Of a stretch of DNA of 64,000 nt, positions 1 through 14,047 are shown piece after piece. The stretch comes from an uncultured Acidobacteriota bacterium (lineage in GTDB: Bacteria > Acidobacteriota > Thermoanaerobaculia > Gp7-AA8), in assembly GCA_963758195.1 (NCBI GenBank), contig CAVWUH010000002.1, positions 2,061,560 through 2,125,559 on the forward strand. Direction: 5' to 3'. The notes beneath the pieces are model-generated. The model saw nothing but the letters and a program-made list of their open reading frames with translations, had not been told where the DNA came from and ran no database searches. Both the position numbers and the translations under genes were made by a program. How positions within the stretch are numbered: the first letter of the stretch is position 1; every line of letters begins with the position of its first letter.

Positions 1-51
1 GATGGTCTTCGCTTTCGCGGGAGACTCGACGATGACGAGATTCTTTGCCAT
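1..51 (-). CDS. topA: DNA topoisomerase I, first 17 codons only (gene continues beyond the left edge)
   Basis: Reverse translation from the ATG at 51-49 gives MAKNLVIVESPAKAKTI, the conserved Toprim N-terminus of bacterial TopA. The fragment is too short for anything more. Confidence 0.5.
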   Translation of the reverse strand, partial: MAKNLVIVESPAKAKTI

Positions 52-187
52 AGCGGAACGCCCAAAGCGACTCGGGAAGGTCCGTTATTCCGCGACCCCG
101 CTCGCCTCCGGAGGAGGCAGGACGATATCAGAGGGTGGAAACGGGGGCAAAACGGCTACCGGGTGTGGAGTTCGCTTGCCTCGACTC

Positions 188-272
188 GGGTGACAGATGA
201 CGGTAGACGGGGCTCGTGAGCGACGCGGGCACGCGCTCGCTCACGAGCCCTGTCTACCGTATCCCGTCACCC
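188..272. repeat. Large imperfect palindrome (about 41-bp arms) between the response-regulator stop and the topA start
   Basis: GGGTGAC..ACGGTAGAC.GGGCTCGTGAGCGA pairs with TCGCTCACGAGCCC.GTCTACCGT..GTCACCC around a 4-nt centre. Confidence 0.7.
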
Positions 273-300
273 GCTCGGGCGGAACGGGGTAGGGCCGTGT

Positions 301-1682
<1,382 letters not shown>

Positions 1683-1686
<4 letters not shown>

Positions 1687-2351
1687 CGCGCTCCCAGAGG
1701 AAAGGACAACCGAACGGTCACGTTATCACGATCGCGATCCTCCGCGGCGTCGAGCTCCCCGCCATACGTTTCGGCGATGAGCCTCGCGGTGGCGAGGGAA
1801 AGATCGGGATTCCCATCGGGGTCCGTGTAATAGAACTTGAAGACTTTCGTGAGCTCGAGCTCGTCCGCGAGCGGGCGTCCGACGACCGTGAGGACGTAGT
1901 CGCTGCCGTCGATCGACGCTTGTGCGCTGCGCCCGGAATCGGGGAAGAGCTTGGCCGCACCCTCGAAGAACAGCCTGCAGCCTTGGCGGATTCTCGACTC
2001 ATGCGCCTGGAGGAGCGCCGGATCACCGGGCCCGAGCTCGAATCCGTGCGCGGCGGCTTCCTCCGCACAGATCGCGGCGATGTCGAGAGTGGTGGGCGGT
2101 TCGTCATTTCGCGGCGGGGTCGAGAGGAGGAAGAACGCGTCGAAGATGCGTCCCATGCGCCGCAGTTCCGTCTCGATGGCGTGCGCGTACTCCGACGACT
2201 TCTCGTCGTCTTCGCCCACGACTTTGCGCAGGCGCATGCGCAGCAGCTCCAGATTGAGCACCGCCACGTTGAGCGGTGTCTTCAGATCGTGTGCGGTGTC
2301 AGCGCTCCTCTGGAAGTTCGCGCGCGCGAAGTTCTCGAGCCAGGGTTCCAT
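1683..2351 (-). CDS. Soluble sensor histidine kinase (HisKA + HATPase_c)
   Basis: H-box AHDLKTPLN is followed by an ATPase-like C-terminal half. There are no TM helices. It overlaps the downstream response-regulator start by 4 nt. Confidence 0.75.
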
Positions 2352-2400
2352 GGGACCGACGAGCTTATTGCAAACCTGAGGCCGGTGCGGGAGTCGCAGA

Positions 2401-2487
2401 GCTTCTGTGTAGCGACGGCCGCCTCGGCCGTCGGGCTCTCGCGCAGAAACTGCCGACGGCCGAGGGCGGCCGTCGCTACACAGAAGC
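2401..2487. repeat. REP-type palindrome, CTGTGTAGCGACG family, full copy
   Basis: GCTTCTGTGTAGCGACGGCCGCCTCGGCCGTCGG, an 18-nt loop, then CCGACGGCCGAGGGCGGCCGTCGCTACACAGAAGC. It fills the gap between the atpC stop and the kinase start. Confidence 0.85.
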
Positions 2488-2489
2488 GA

Positions 2490-2907
2490 TTAATGCTCGC
2501 GATGGACGCTGATCAGCGCGATCGATTCTTCGAGCCGCGCTTCGACGATCGCGAATTCAGGATCATCCGACGAGAGATAGAGCAGTTCCTTCTCCGCGGC
2601 GATGCGCTCCTGTTCGGCCTGGGCGCGATCGACCTCGGCGGGCAGGATGCCGCGCTCGGCGAGGACGATGACGCGGTCCGGCAGCACTTCGGCGAAGCCC
2701 CACGAGATCACGAGACGCGTGACGGTATTGCCGGCGCGGTAGCGAAGCTGGCCGATGCGCAGCGACGCCAGGAGCGGCGTGTGGCCGGGCAGGACTCCAA
2801 TCTCGCCGTCCAGCGCGGGAAGAATGACTTCGTCGACCTCGAACGTCGACGATCTTTCGCTCGCGCGTCACGACGATGAGATTGATCTTCGTTGGGAGAT
2901 CGGCCAT
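2490..2907 (-). CDS. atpC: F1 ATP synthase epsilon subunit, frame broken
   Basis: The N-terminus MADLPTKINLIVVTRERKIVDV (ORF 2563-2907) and the C-terminal helical part AEVDRAQAEQERIAAEKELL (ORF 2490-2711) are in different frames. The gene lies directly downstream of atpD. Confidence 0.8.
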
Positions 2908-2917
2908 GTCGGTTTCC

Positions 2918-4471
<1,554 letters not shown>

Positions 4472-4478
4472 TCATTTG

Positions 4479-5339
4479 TCATCCCGCGGCCGCCGCGCCG
4501 CTCACGATCTCGATGATCTCCTTCGTGATTGCGGCCTGGCGAATGCGGTTATAGGTCAGGGTGAGGTGATCGATCATCTCGCTGGCATTCTTCGTCGCGG
4601 CTTCCATGGCCGTCATGCGCGCGCCTTGTTCGGCGGCGGCGGATTCGAGAAGCACGCGATAGAGCTGGAACTCGATGTGTTTCGGCAGAAGATCGCCGAG
4701 GATCTGCTCCGGGCCCGGCTCGTAGAGATACTCGATGGCCGGCTCCGGCGTGTCCGCCCAGGAACGGTCGAGCGGGAGAAGCCTCTCGAGCGTCACGCGC
4801 TGCGCGATGATCGATTTGAATTCGTTGTAGAGCACGTAGACCGCGTCGAATTCGCCGGAGATGAAATCGGCGCTCAACGCCTGCGCGATCTCACGCGCGG
4901 TCTCGAGCGAAAGCGCCTGATAGACGTGCGTCGCCTGGCGCTTGATCGGGAACGGACGGCGCTTGAAGAAGTCGAACGCTTTGCGGCCGATCGGCAGCAG
5001 ATGCACATCCTGCCAGCCTTTTTCGGCAATCGCGTTCTGCGCCGCGCGAAGGACGTTGGTGTTGAACGCGCCGCACAATCCGCGGTCGGCGGTGACGACG
5101 AGCAACAGAACTTTGTTCTCCTGCTCGCGCTCCTGCAGCAGCGGATGTTTGGAGATGTCGACGCGCGAGGCGACGGACGCGAGCACCTGCCGCAGCGCCG
5201 CCGCATACGGGCGCGCGGCCATCATCCGCTCCTGCGCGCGGCGTAGTTTCGCGGCGGCCACCATCTTCATGGCCTTGGTGATCTGCTGCGTGTTCTTGAC
5301 GCTGCGGATCCGGCGTCGGATATCGATCGTGCTTGGCAT
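4479..5339 (-). CDS. atpG: F1 ATP synthase gamma subunit (intact)
   Basis: From the ATG at 5339: [36 protein letters not shown]. The conserved C-terminus is [16 protein letters not shown]. Confidence 0.95.
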   Translation of the reverse strand: MPSTIDIRRRIRSVKNTQQITKAMKMVAAAKLRRAQERMMAARPYAAALRQVLASVASRVDISKHPLLQEREQENKVLLLVVTADRGLCGAFNTNVLRAAQNAIAEKGWQDVHLLPIGRKAFDFFKRRPFPIKRQATHVYQALSLETAREIAQALSADFISGEFDAVYVLYNEFKSIIAQRVTLERLLPLDRSWADTPEPAIEYLYEPGPEQILGDLLPKHIEFQLYRVLLESAAAEQGARMTAMEAATKNASEMIDHLTLTYNRIRQAAITKEIIEIVSGAAAAG

Positions 5340-5343
5340 GGTT

Positions 5344-5417
5344 AGCTCGCAGCTCGCAGCTCGCAGCTCGCAGCGCAACCCAACTCCTGAGAGCTGAGAG
5401 CTGAGAGCTGAGAGCTC
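5344..5417. repeat. Tandem-heptamer hairpin B (AGCTCGC x4 / GAGAGCT x4), atpA-atpG intercistronic
   Basis: Four exact AGCTCGC units (5344-5371), a spacer AGCGCAACCCAACTCCT, then four exact GAGAGCT units (5389-5416). Six of 7 positions per unit are complementary. It fills the whole gap between the atpA stop (5418) and the atpG start (5339). Confidence 0.9.
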
Positions 5418-6961
<1,544 letters not shown>

Positions 6962-7028
6962 ATGTTCTCCGAAATAGGTCTCATCAATCGCTGCGTGAAA
7001 ATGTGTTACGTAAAATGCATCACGTCAA

Positions 7029-7558
7029 CGATTCTCTAAATTTGTTGATCTTGCCGGCGACCGAGGCGTCCCAGATCTCGCTTCCGATCTTCACGACGAA
7101 GCCGCCGAGAAGCTTCGGATCGGTGCGAATGTCGAGCTCCACCTTCTTGCCCACCCGCTTCGAAAGCGTGTCGGCGAGCTAGTCTGAATCTCGTTCGCGT
7201 CGAGCGCCTTCGCGCTGCGCACTTCGGCCACGGCGACGCCCAACGCCGCGTTGACGTAGGTCGCGAGCGGCCTCGAGGATCGCGTCGATGTCGTTGATGC
7301 GATGGTTGCGGACGAGGACCTCGAGCACCTTCGTTGCGAGCTCGCCGGCTTTCATCCGCCGCGCGATCTGTATCGGTGATCTTGAGCTTCGTCGCTTCGT
7401 CGATGGCCGGGTTGGCGTAGAGCTCGCGCAACTCGTTCGAGCCGCGAAGCGCCGCGGCGAAGCGACATCAGCTCGCCGCGCAATTCACTGGCCTTGGCCG
7501 GCGAGCCGGCTGCCTCGACGAAGGCGCGGGCGTATGGACGAGCAAAGCGACGGATCAT
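7029..7558 (-). CDS. atpH: F1 ATP synthase delta (OSCP) subunit, several frame breaks
   Basis: MIRRFARPYARAFVEAAG is in ORF 7352-7558 and ELYANPAIDEATKLKI in ORF 7036-7431. The tail VVKIGSEIWDASVAGKINKF is in another frame and ends at the TGA at 7031-7029. The gene sits between atpF and atpA. Confidence 0.7.
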
Positions 7559-8238
7559 GAGCGCACCTCGCCCACTTCGCGCAGGCTTTCCTGGAACAGA
7601 TTCTTCTGATCCTGATCGGTCATCTTCTCGCGCAGAATTTGCTCCGCGCGTTCCGCGGCCAGCTCGCCCGCGAATTCGGTCAGCTCGACACGGGCATGCT
7701 TGAGGCGGTTGTCGACTTCGTTCCGCGCGGCCTGGAGGATCTTCTGCGATTCGGCTTCGGCCGCGGCGATGAGCTCTTTCTTCTGGCGCTCGCCTTCGGC
7801 CTGCGCGCGCTCGTGAATCGCGCGGACTTCGACTTCGATTGCCGCGAGGCGAGCCTGGATCTGACCGGCCATCTGGTCGGACTTCTCGCGGCGCTCGCGC
7901 GCTTCATCCGCGGCGCGTCGAATGGCCGCGCTACGCTCGGCGAATGCGGTCTTCACCGGTCCGCCGACGAAGTAGACGAGGGCGCCGATGAACAGGATCA
8001 TGTTCGCCAGCTTGAGGATCCAGGCTGGGATTCCGAAGTACTTCTTCTCGGCGTGCTCTTCGCCATGCTCTTCGGCGGCAGCGTGCGCAGCCTCGCCGGC
8101 CTGTGCGTGCTCTTCCGCCGCCGCAGCATGCGTGGCGGTCGTTGCGGGATGTTCGGCCGCAGTCGTCTCCGTCGTTGCCGTCTGCGCGACGAGCGCGGGT
8201 GACGCGACGAGCAGAAGGATCAGAAGCAGCCGGCGCAT
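7555..8238 (-). CDS. atpF: F0 ATP synthase subunit b with an unusual signal-peptide-like, His/Glu/Ala-rich N-terminal extension
   Basis: TM helix ILKLANMILFIGALVYFV plus a long charged coiled coil. It is preceded by MRRLLLILLLVASPALVAQ and about 45 aa rich in EEH/AAH. ATGA overlap with atpH. Confidence 0.8.
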   Translation of the reverse strand: MRRLLLILLLVASPALVAQTATTETTAAEHPATTATHAAAAEEHAQAGEAAHAAAEEHGEEHAEKKYFGIPAWILKLANMILFIGALVYFVGGPVKTAFAERSAAIRRAADEARERREKSDQMAGQIQARLAAIEVEVRAIHERAQAEGERQKKELIAAAEAESQKILQAARNEVDNRLKHARVELTEFAGELAAERAEQILREKMTDQDQKNLFQESLREVGEVRS

Positions 8239-8672
8239 CAGACGGCCCTCCCGAGAATTCGCTCCGCGGCGAGACGTGCAAGCGCGTCCGACTCGGTCAC
8301 GATCTTCTCGCGTGCGACGGCGACGTCGCGTCCGAGTTTTTCGTCCGCCTCGCCGATGATCCCGCGAGCCTCTCCGTTCGTCCGCTCGACAACCTGCTGG
8401 CGATAGGTGCCAGCTTCGCCACGAAACCGATCGCGGAGCTGCGACGCTTCGCGTTTCGCAGCATGGAGCTGCGCCTCGGTCTGCGCGGTTGCTTCGTTGA
8501 AGCGCGCCAGAGCGTCCTCGTACAACTTCTCGGCCGTCCGAGTCTCTCCCTCACGCGCTTCCAGAAGCTGATTGACCGGCTTCAGGAAATACCGGCGCAC
8601 GACCAGGTAATTCAGGATGAAGATCACCATGATCGCGAGCAGAGAGAGATCGGGCGCTAGTTTGATTTGCAT
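8238..8672 (-). CDS. F0 ATP synthase subunit b' (second b-type subunit)
   Basis: Single N-terminal TM helix (LSLLAIMVIFILNYLVV) plus a coiled coil. It overlaps atpF by 1 nt. Confidence 0.75.
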   Translation of the reverse strand: MQIKLAPDLSLLAIMVIFILNYLVVRRYFLKPVNQLLEAREGETRTAEKLYEDALARFNEATAQTEAQLHAAKREASQLRDRFRGEAGTYRQQVVERTNGEARGIIGEADEKLGRDVAVAREKIVTESDALARLAAERILGRAV

Positions 8673-8803
8673 AGTTTTCAGTGGAAATCAGTGCACCGGG
8701 AACGCGTGGCAAGGAGGGCTCCAGGAGCGCACACGTAGCCCAAAGCCCGCGCTATATAGCATAAGGGAAAGAAGCTTGTCATCCCGTTCGTTGTGACCCG
8801 CCG

Positions 8804-9367
8804 GTGCCTGACGACAACTACCGCGACATCCTCGACCGCGCCGACGCGCATTTCGCTTCGGTCATGAAGACGCAGGGCCAGAATCTGCAGTGCGGAGCCG
8901 GCTGTTCACTCTGCTGCTACGGCCTGTTCGAGATCGGTTCGGGAGATGTCCCCGTGATCGCCGAGGGTCTCGAGTTGATGCCGGCGGCGCGAAGGAAGAA
9001 GGTCATCCGGCGCGCTCTCGAGATCGTCGAGTCGAGCGATCACCCGAATCTTCGCGAATGCTCGCCCGAGGAAAAGGAGGCGTTCTTCGATCGCACGCAG
9101 GCGACGGCCTGTCCCAATCTCGACGACGCCGGCCTCTGCATGATGTACGAGCACCGTCCGCTGGTCTGCCGCACGTTTGGCCTGCCGCTGCGCGAGGGTC
9201 GGAAGTACTCGGCGACGTCTGCGAGTTGAACTTCACCGAAGTCAACGGCGCCGGAGCGGATGCGCGCCGCCTGGGATCTCCGCTGGGAAGATATCCTCGG
9301 CGCCGAGGACGAGTTCACGATCCCAGAAGTGATCGTGATGGTCGCGAGAATGAGAAAGTGGATTTGA
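8804..9367 (+). CDS. YkgJ-family Cys-cluster (CxxCxxCC) protein, frame broken at least twice near its 3' end
   Basis: CGAGCSLCCYG and CPNLDDAGLCMMYEHRPLVCRTFG are present. The tail (YLGDVCELNFTEV, then FTIPEVIVMVARMRKWI) continues in the other two frames to the TGA at 9365-9367. Confidence 0.65.
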
Positions 9368-9373
9368 AGCAGC

Positions 9374-9450
9374 TGCTGGTTACTGGTTGCTAGTTTTCTG
9401 TGGTGCCTCGTCAAGTCGCAACACCACAGATAACGAGCAACCAGGAACAG
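9374..9450. repeat. Tandem-heptamer hairpin C (CTGGTTR type) between convergent gene ends
   Basis: CTGGTTA CTGGTTG CTAGTTT TCTGTGGTG, a 17-nt loop, then CACCACAGA TAACGAG CAACCAG GAACAG. The stem is about 29 bp. Confidence 0.85.
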
Positions 9451-9455
9451 CCTTA

Positions 9456-9827
9456 CTACGCTTTCTGCGCGATGTTCGTGACGTTGCCGCTCTTCCGGTC
9501 GCCCATCACGCAGTTGCCCTGAAACACCGCGCCCTCTTCGATGATGAGTGCAGGCGTGTCGATGTCACTGAAGACCTTGCCATTGCGGTGGATCTCGACG
9601 CGCTGGTCGGCGATGATCTTGCCGACGATCGTGCCGCTGATGGCGATGCGGCCGACGTGAACGTCGCCTTCGATGTGCGCGCTCTCGCCGACGATCAGTT
9701 CATTCTTCGAATGAATCTTTCCGTTGAACTTGCCGTCGATGCGCATCGTGTCTTCGAACTCGAGCTCCCCTTTGAACGAGGACCCGCGATCGAGAAAGCC
9801 GTTCAGTTCACCGCTTTTGGATTTCAT
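9456..9827 (-). CDS. Bactofilin (DUF583 polymer-forming cytoskeletal protein)
   Basis: Beta-helix repeats IDGKFNGKIHSKNELIVGESAHIEGDVHVGRIAISGTIVGKIIADQRVEI. The ORF is intact at 123 aa. Confidence 0.85.
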   Translation of the reverse strand: MKSKSGELNGFLDRGSSFKGELEFEDTMRIDGKFNGKIHSKNELIVGESAHIEGDVHVGRIAISGTIVGKIIADQRVEIHRNGKVFSDIDTPALIIEEGAVFQGNCVMGDRKSGNVTNIAQKA

Positions 9828-9847
9828 TGCTTGTTCTCCTGAGCCTT

Positions 9848-9914
9848 CGAGTCGTCCAGTCGCCGAGTCGCCGAGGAATCCTTGAAGACTCGTCGACTCG
9901 GAGACTCGACGACT
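9848..9914. repeat. Tandem-heptamer hairpin D (GAGTCGY type), parB-bactofilin intercistronic
   Basis: CGAGTCGT CCAGTCG CCGAGTCG CCGAG, loop GAATCCTTGAAG, then ACTCGTCG ACTCGGAG ACTCGACG ACT. It abuts the parB stop at 9913. Confidence 0.85.
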
Positions 9915-10796
9915 ATCTCCGTCGTCCCATGATCTCGTCGACGAGGCGGATCAATTCGTCTTCGCTGGCGAAGCGGACGTGAATCACGCCACCGCGGCGC
10001 TTGCGATCGATCTCGACTTTGCTACGCAAAGTTCTCGTTAGTTTGTCTTCCGCGTCCCGCGTGAAGATGTCTTTCTCTTTCTTCCGGAACCTCGGCCTTC
10101 GGCGAGCTCTCCGCGGCGAGCATTTCCGTCTGGCGGACATTCAGATTGCGCTTCACGACGCGCTCGGCGAGCTGCTCCTGCTTCTTCGTCGACTCGACGG
10201 CAAGGATCGCACGCGCGTGTCCCATCGAGAGCTGTCCCGCGGCGAGCAGTTTCTTCACGCCATCGGGCAGCCGGATCAGCCGCAGGAAGTTCGCGACCGT
10301 CGAGCGCTCTTTCCCCACGCGTTTCGAGATCTCTTCCTGCGTGAGACCGAACTCCTCGTGCAGCTGGTGGTAGGCGTAACGCCTCTTCGATCGGGTTCAG
10401 GTCCTCGCGCTGGATGTTCTCGATCAGCGCGACCTGGAGGACATCGCTGTCCGCCATCGTCTCTTTGATGACGACAGGGACGGTGTCGAGGCCCGCCTTC
10501 TGCGCGGCGCGGAAGCGGCGCTCGCCGGCGATGAGGCGATACTTATTGTCAGCAGTGCGCGTGACGACCAGCGGCTGGACGATCCCGTGCTCGCGGACGC
10601 TGCGCGCGAGCTCTTCGATCGACGCCTCGTTGAAGGTCTTGCGCGGCTGGTAAGGATTGGGCGAGATCTGCGCGATCGGGACGTGCGCAAGCCCGTCGCC
10701 GCGCGGCGCGGGTGGCGCTGGCGGCGCGGCTTCCTGCGGCCGCGACGGAATGAGAGCTCCGAGACCTCTGCCGAGCGCTTTCTTCTGCGTGCTCAT
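9913..10796 (-). CDS. parB: Chromosome partitioning protein ParB, at least 2 frame breaks
   Basis: MSTQKKALGRGLGALI, ParB box LIENIQREDLNPIEEA and HTH GKERSTVANFLRLIRLP are present. The C-terminus is RGGVIHVRFASEDELIRLVD. The pieces are spread over three frames. Confidence 0.9.
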
Positions 10797-11566
10797 GTCA
10801 GGACGTTCTCCGCGCGCTGAATGAACTCCTTGGCGAGATTGATGTACGCCTCGCTTCCGCGCGAGCGAATGTCGTAAAGGATAATCGGTTTGCCGAACGA
10901 AGGGGCTTCGCCGAGGCGGACATTGCGGGGAACGACGGTGTTGTAGACCTTCTCCCCGAAGTGACTCCGCACTTCCTCGGCGACTTGCCGCGCCAGGTTC
11001 ATCCGCTCGTCGTACATCGTCAGCGCGATTCCCTCGATCTCGAGCGACGGGTTGAGCAGGTCGCGGACGCGATCGATCGTGTTGACGAGCTGCGCCACGC
11101 CCTCGATCGCGAAGTACTCGCACTGCATGGGCACGAGCACCGAGTTCGCCGCGGTCAGGCCGTTGATCGTGAGCAAGCCCAGCGACGGAGGCGAATCGAT
11201 GAGGACGTAGTCGTATTCTGTGGCGATGTCCTGCAGCGCGCGGCGGAGGTGAAACTCGCGGCCGATGGCGTCGGAGAGCTCTAGTTCGGCGGCAACGAGA
11301 TCGACCGACGACGGCGCGATGTGAAAGTTCGGCAGCTCCGTCGGACGGATGACCTCGCGGATGTTCATCCCATCGGTGAGAACGGGATACATCGACTTCT
11401 CCTCGTGTTTCGGGAACCCGAGACCGGAGGTCGCGTTCGCCTGAGGGTCGAGGTCGATGAGAAGGACGTTCCGCTCGCAGGCCGCCAAAGAGGCGCCGAG
11501 ATTGATGGCGGTCGTCGTTTTACCGACGCCACCCTTCTGATTGGCGAGCGATACGATCTTACTCAT
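10793..11566 (-). CDS. parA: Chromosome partitioning ATPase ParA/Soj (intact)
   Basis: Deviant Walker A KGGVGKTTTAINL and DLDPQANATSGLG. ATGA overlap with parB. Confidence 0.95.
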   Translation of the reverse strand: MSKIVSLANQKGGVGKTTTAINLGASLAACERNVLLIDLDPQANATSGLGFPKHEEKSMYPVLTDGMNIREVIRPTELPNFHIAPSSVDLVAAELELSDAIGREFHLRRALQDIATEYDYVLIDSPPSLGLLTINGLTAANSVLVPMQCEYFAIEGVAQLVNTIDRVRDLLNPSLEIEGIALTMYDERMNLARQVAEEVRSHFGEKVYNTVVPRNVRLGEAPSFGKPIILYDIRSRGSEAYINLAKEFIQRAENVLT

Positions 11567-12150
11567 GTCGTGTGTTCCACGTGGAACGTCAATAGCGCGA
11601 GGTAGTTGGATTTGCCGCGCGGCAATGAAATCGGCTCTTCGCGCGTGAATCCTTCGAGCTCGGGAGTTTCGGGTGACCCCTGGAACAGCGCGATGCGCGC
11701 GCCGTCTTCAAGGTGTTCCTTCAGCGACGGCACCCACTCCTCGGGGTTCCCGACGGCGCGTGAAACGACGAGCGAGAAGCGGAGATCGGCGGGCAGCCGG
11801 GGCAGAAGGCGCGACAATCTATCACCGTAAACCTGCGAGTTCAATCCGCACTCCCGCACCGCATGCTTGAGAAATGCCCATTTCTTCTGGTCCGCCTCCA
11901 CCAGATGAAAGCGCGCACCCCACTGATTCGCGTCCGCTACGATCGCCATCGGAATCGCCGGGAGTCCACCGCCGGAGCCAAAGTCGAGCACTTCTCCCCT
12001 CGGTTTCAGGATCTCCGCCGCCACCACCGCTTCCGCGATGTGCTCGTCGAGATGCTCCCGCGCTTCCGGTCCGATCAGGTTGACCTTGGCGGTCCACTTC
12101 AGAAGCTCGCGCTTATAGAGATCGAGAGACTCAGACAAGCGCTCGCTCAT
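11563..12150 (-). CDS. rsmG: 16S rRNA (guanine527-N7)-methyltransferase RsmG/GidB
   Basis: SAM motif VLDFGSGGGLPAIPMAI. Conserved gene order mnmG-rsmG-parA-parB. The start is taken at the internal ATG (MSERLSESL). Confidence 0.85.
   Translation of the reverse strand: MSERLSESLDLYKRELLKWTAKVNLIGPEAREHLDEHIAEAVVAAEILKPRGEVLDFGSGGGLPAIPMAIVADANQWGARFHLVEADQKKWAFLKHAVRECGLNSQVYGDRLSRLLPRLPADLRFSLVVSRAVGNPEEWVPSLKEHLEDGARIALFQGSPETPELEGFTREEPISLPRGKSNYLALLTFHVEHTT
11573..11588. promoter_or_regulatory. parS centromere-like site
   Basis: TGTTCCACGTGGAACG matches 14 of 16 positions of the parS consensus TGTTNCACGTGAAACA. The inner 14 bp are a perfect palindrome. The site lies in the last codons of rsmG, 7 bp upstream of the parA start. 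Confidence 0.8.
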
Positions 12151-14047
12151 CGCGCTCCCCGCTGAAGCGACGAGTACCACGCCGAAGATGCATCCTCACG
12201 ATCGCCATCGCCGCGGGCGTGACGCCCGGAATCCGCGAAGCCTGTCCAAGGGACACCGGCTGCACGCGCGTCAGCTTCTCCACCATCTCGCGGGAAAGAC
12301 CGGGCAACGCGTACGACATCTCGCGCGGGATCCCGAGGTCTTCGTCCTCGTGCATCTTCGCCGCCTCGCGCTGCTGGCGCTCGATGTAGCCCGAGTAGCG
12401 CAACTGGCTGACAACCCCTTCCCGCTCCTCCTCGCCCAGCATGTGGAACGCTTCGCTGAGATCGGGATGCGGTCCTGCGGCGCCTTCAAGAAGTCGGTCG
12501 ATGTCAACGCTCGGCCGCTCGAGCAGCTTCGCGAACGTTGTCTGCGTCGTGAGCTCGACTCCGCACTCCCGCAGCCAATGAACCGTTTCCCTGTCAGGGC
12601 GCAGCTCGACTCGCGCAACGCCGGTCGCCCGATGCATCCGTGCGACGCGCGATTCGATGCGCCGCCGGCGTTCGTCGTCGAGGACGCCGAGGCGCTCGGC
12701 GATCGGAGAAAGCCGTTCGTAGACGGAATCGCATCCGAGGAGAAGACGATGTTCAGCGCGCGAGGTGAACATCCGATACGGTTCCTCGGTGCCGTGCGTA
12801 ACGAGATCGTCGATCATCACAGCGGTGTAGGCCTGATCGCGCGAGAGAATCAGCGGTTCGGCGTCGCGAACGAACTGCAGCGCGTTGATGCCGGCGAGGA
12901 GTCCCTGAGCAGCGGCTTCCTCGTAGCCCGACGTGCCGTTGATCTGACCCGCGAGATAGAGCCCGTCGACGCCACGCACTTTCAGCGTCGGTTCGAGTTG
13001 CTCCGGATTCACGAAGTCGTACTCGACGGCGTATCCGTAGCGCGCGATCTTCGCGTTCTCGAAACCAGCCAGAGAACGGACCACGCCGTCCTGGACGTCC
13101 GGCGGAAGGGACGTCGAAATGCCGTTCATGTACAGCCACGGATGCTTCAGCCCCTCGGGCTCGACGAAAACCTGGTGGCGTTCCTTCTCCGCGAAACGCA
13201 CCACCTTGTCTTCGATCGAAGGGCAATAGCGCGGACCGGCGGCGTGGATCTGACCCGAGTACATCGGCGCGCGATGGAGATTGGCGCGGATGAGATCGTG
13301 CGCGAAACCGCCCGTGTAGGTCAGCCAGCAAAGGATCTGCGGCTGCTCGATCCGATCGGTGAGGATTGAAAACGGACGCGGATGCTCGTCGCCCGGCGCA
13401 GGCTCGAGGCGGGAAAAGTCGACCGTGGTCTTGTCGATGCGCGGCGGCGTGCCGGTCTTGAGGCGTCCGAGCTGAAGCCCCGCAGCGCGGAGCGAGTCGG
13501 AGATCGTATCGGCCGAAGCTTCGCCGAAGCGGCCGCCGGCCGTCTTCACCTCACCGGAGTGCATGAGCGCGCGGAGAAACGTGCCGGTGGTCATGACCAC
13601 AGCGCGCGACTCGAGCCGCCGGCCGTCCTGCAGCACGACCCCGCGAATCGTCTGCCCTTCCTGAATCAGCGACGCAACCGAACCTTCGAGGATGGTGAGA
13701 TTGGGCTCCGCATCGAGGATCGATTGCACGGCGCTGGCGTAGAGATCGCGATCGCACTGCGCGCGAGGACCCTGAACCGCGGGACCTTTCGAGCGATTGA
13801 GGATCTTGAACTGGATCCCGGCGCGGTCCGTGGCCTCCCCCATCAAACCGGCGAGCGCGTCGATCTCTTTGACGAGGTTTCCTTTGGCCAGGCCGCCGAT
13901 CGCCGGGTTGCAGGACATCCGGCCGATCGCGGCGCGCTCCATCGTGACCATCGCCACGCGAACACCGCCGCGCGCGGCGACACGGGCCGCTTCAGCGCCG
14001 GCGTGGCCGCCGCCGATCACGATGATGTCGTAGTCGACCGTCTGCAT
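12131..14047 (-). CDS. mnmG: tRNA uridine 5-carboxymethylaminomethyl modification enzyme MnmG/GidA (intact)
   Basis: FAD motif DIIVIGGGHAGAEAA and GQINGTSGYEEAAAQGL. 638 aa with no breaks. Confidence 0.95.
   Translation of the reverse strand: MQTVDYDIIVIGGGHAGAEAARVAARGGVRVAMVTMERAAIGRMSCNPAIGGLAKGNLVKEIDALAGLMGEATDRAGIQFKILNRSKGPAVQGPRAQCDRDLYASAVQSILDAEPNLTILEGSVASLIQEGQTIRGVVLQDGRRLESRAVVMTTGTFLRALMHSGEVKTAGGRFGEASADTISDSLRAAGLQLGRLKTGTPPRIDKTTVDFSRLEPAPGDEHPRPFSILTDRIEQPQILCWLTYTGGFAHDLIRANLHRAPMYSGQIHAAGPRYCPSIEDKVVRFAEKERHQVFVEPEGLKHPWLYMNGISTSLPPDVQDGVVRSLAGFENAKIARYGYAVEYDFVNPEQLEPTLKVRGVDGLYLAGQINGTSGYEEAAAQGLLAGINALQFVRDAEPLILSRDQAYTAVMIDDLVTHGTEEPYRMFTSRAEHRLLLGCDSVYERLSPIAERLGVLDDERRRRIESRVARMHRATGVARVELRPDRETVHWLRECGVELTTQTTFAKLLERPSVDIDRLLEGAAGPHPDLSEAFHMLGEEEREGVVSQLRYSGYIERQQREAAKMHEDEDLGIPREMSYALPGLSREMVEKLTRVQPVSLGQASRIPGVTPAAMAIVRMHLRRGTRRFSGERDERALV

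Noticed and set aside
5344-5417. A possible CRISPR array or minisatellite, suggested by the tandem 7-mers here and at 15218-15298, 18956-19047 and other sites.
   Set aside because: The units are only 7-8 nt long and directly adjacent with no spacers. They come as two complementary blocks forming a hairpin. No cas genes are present in the window.
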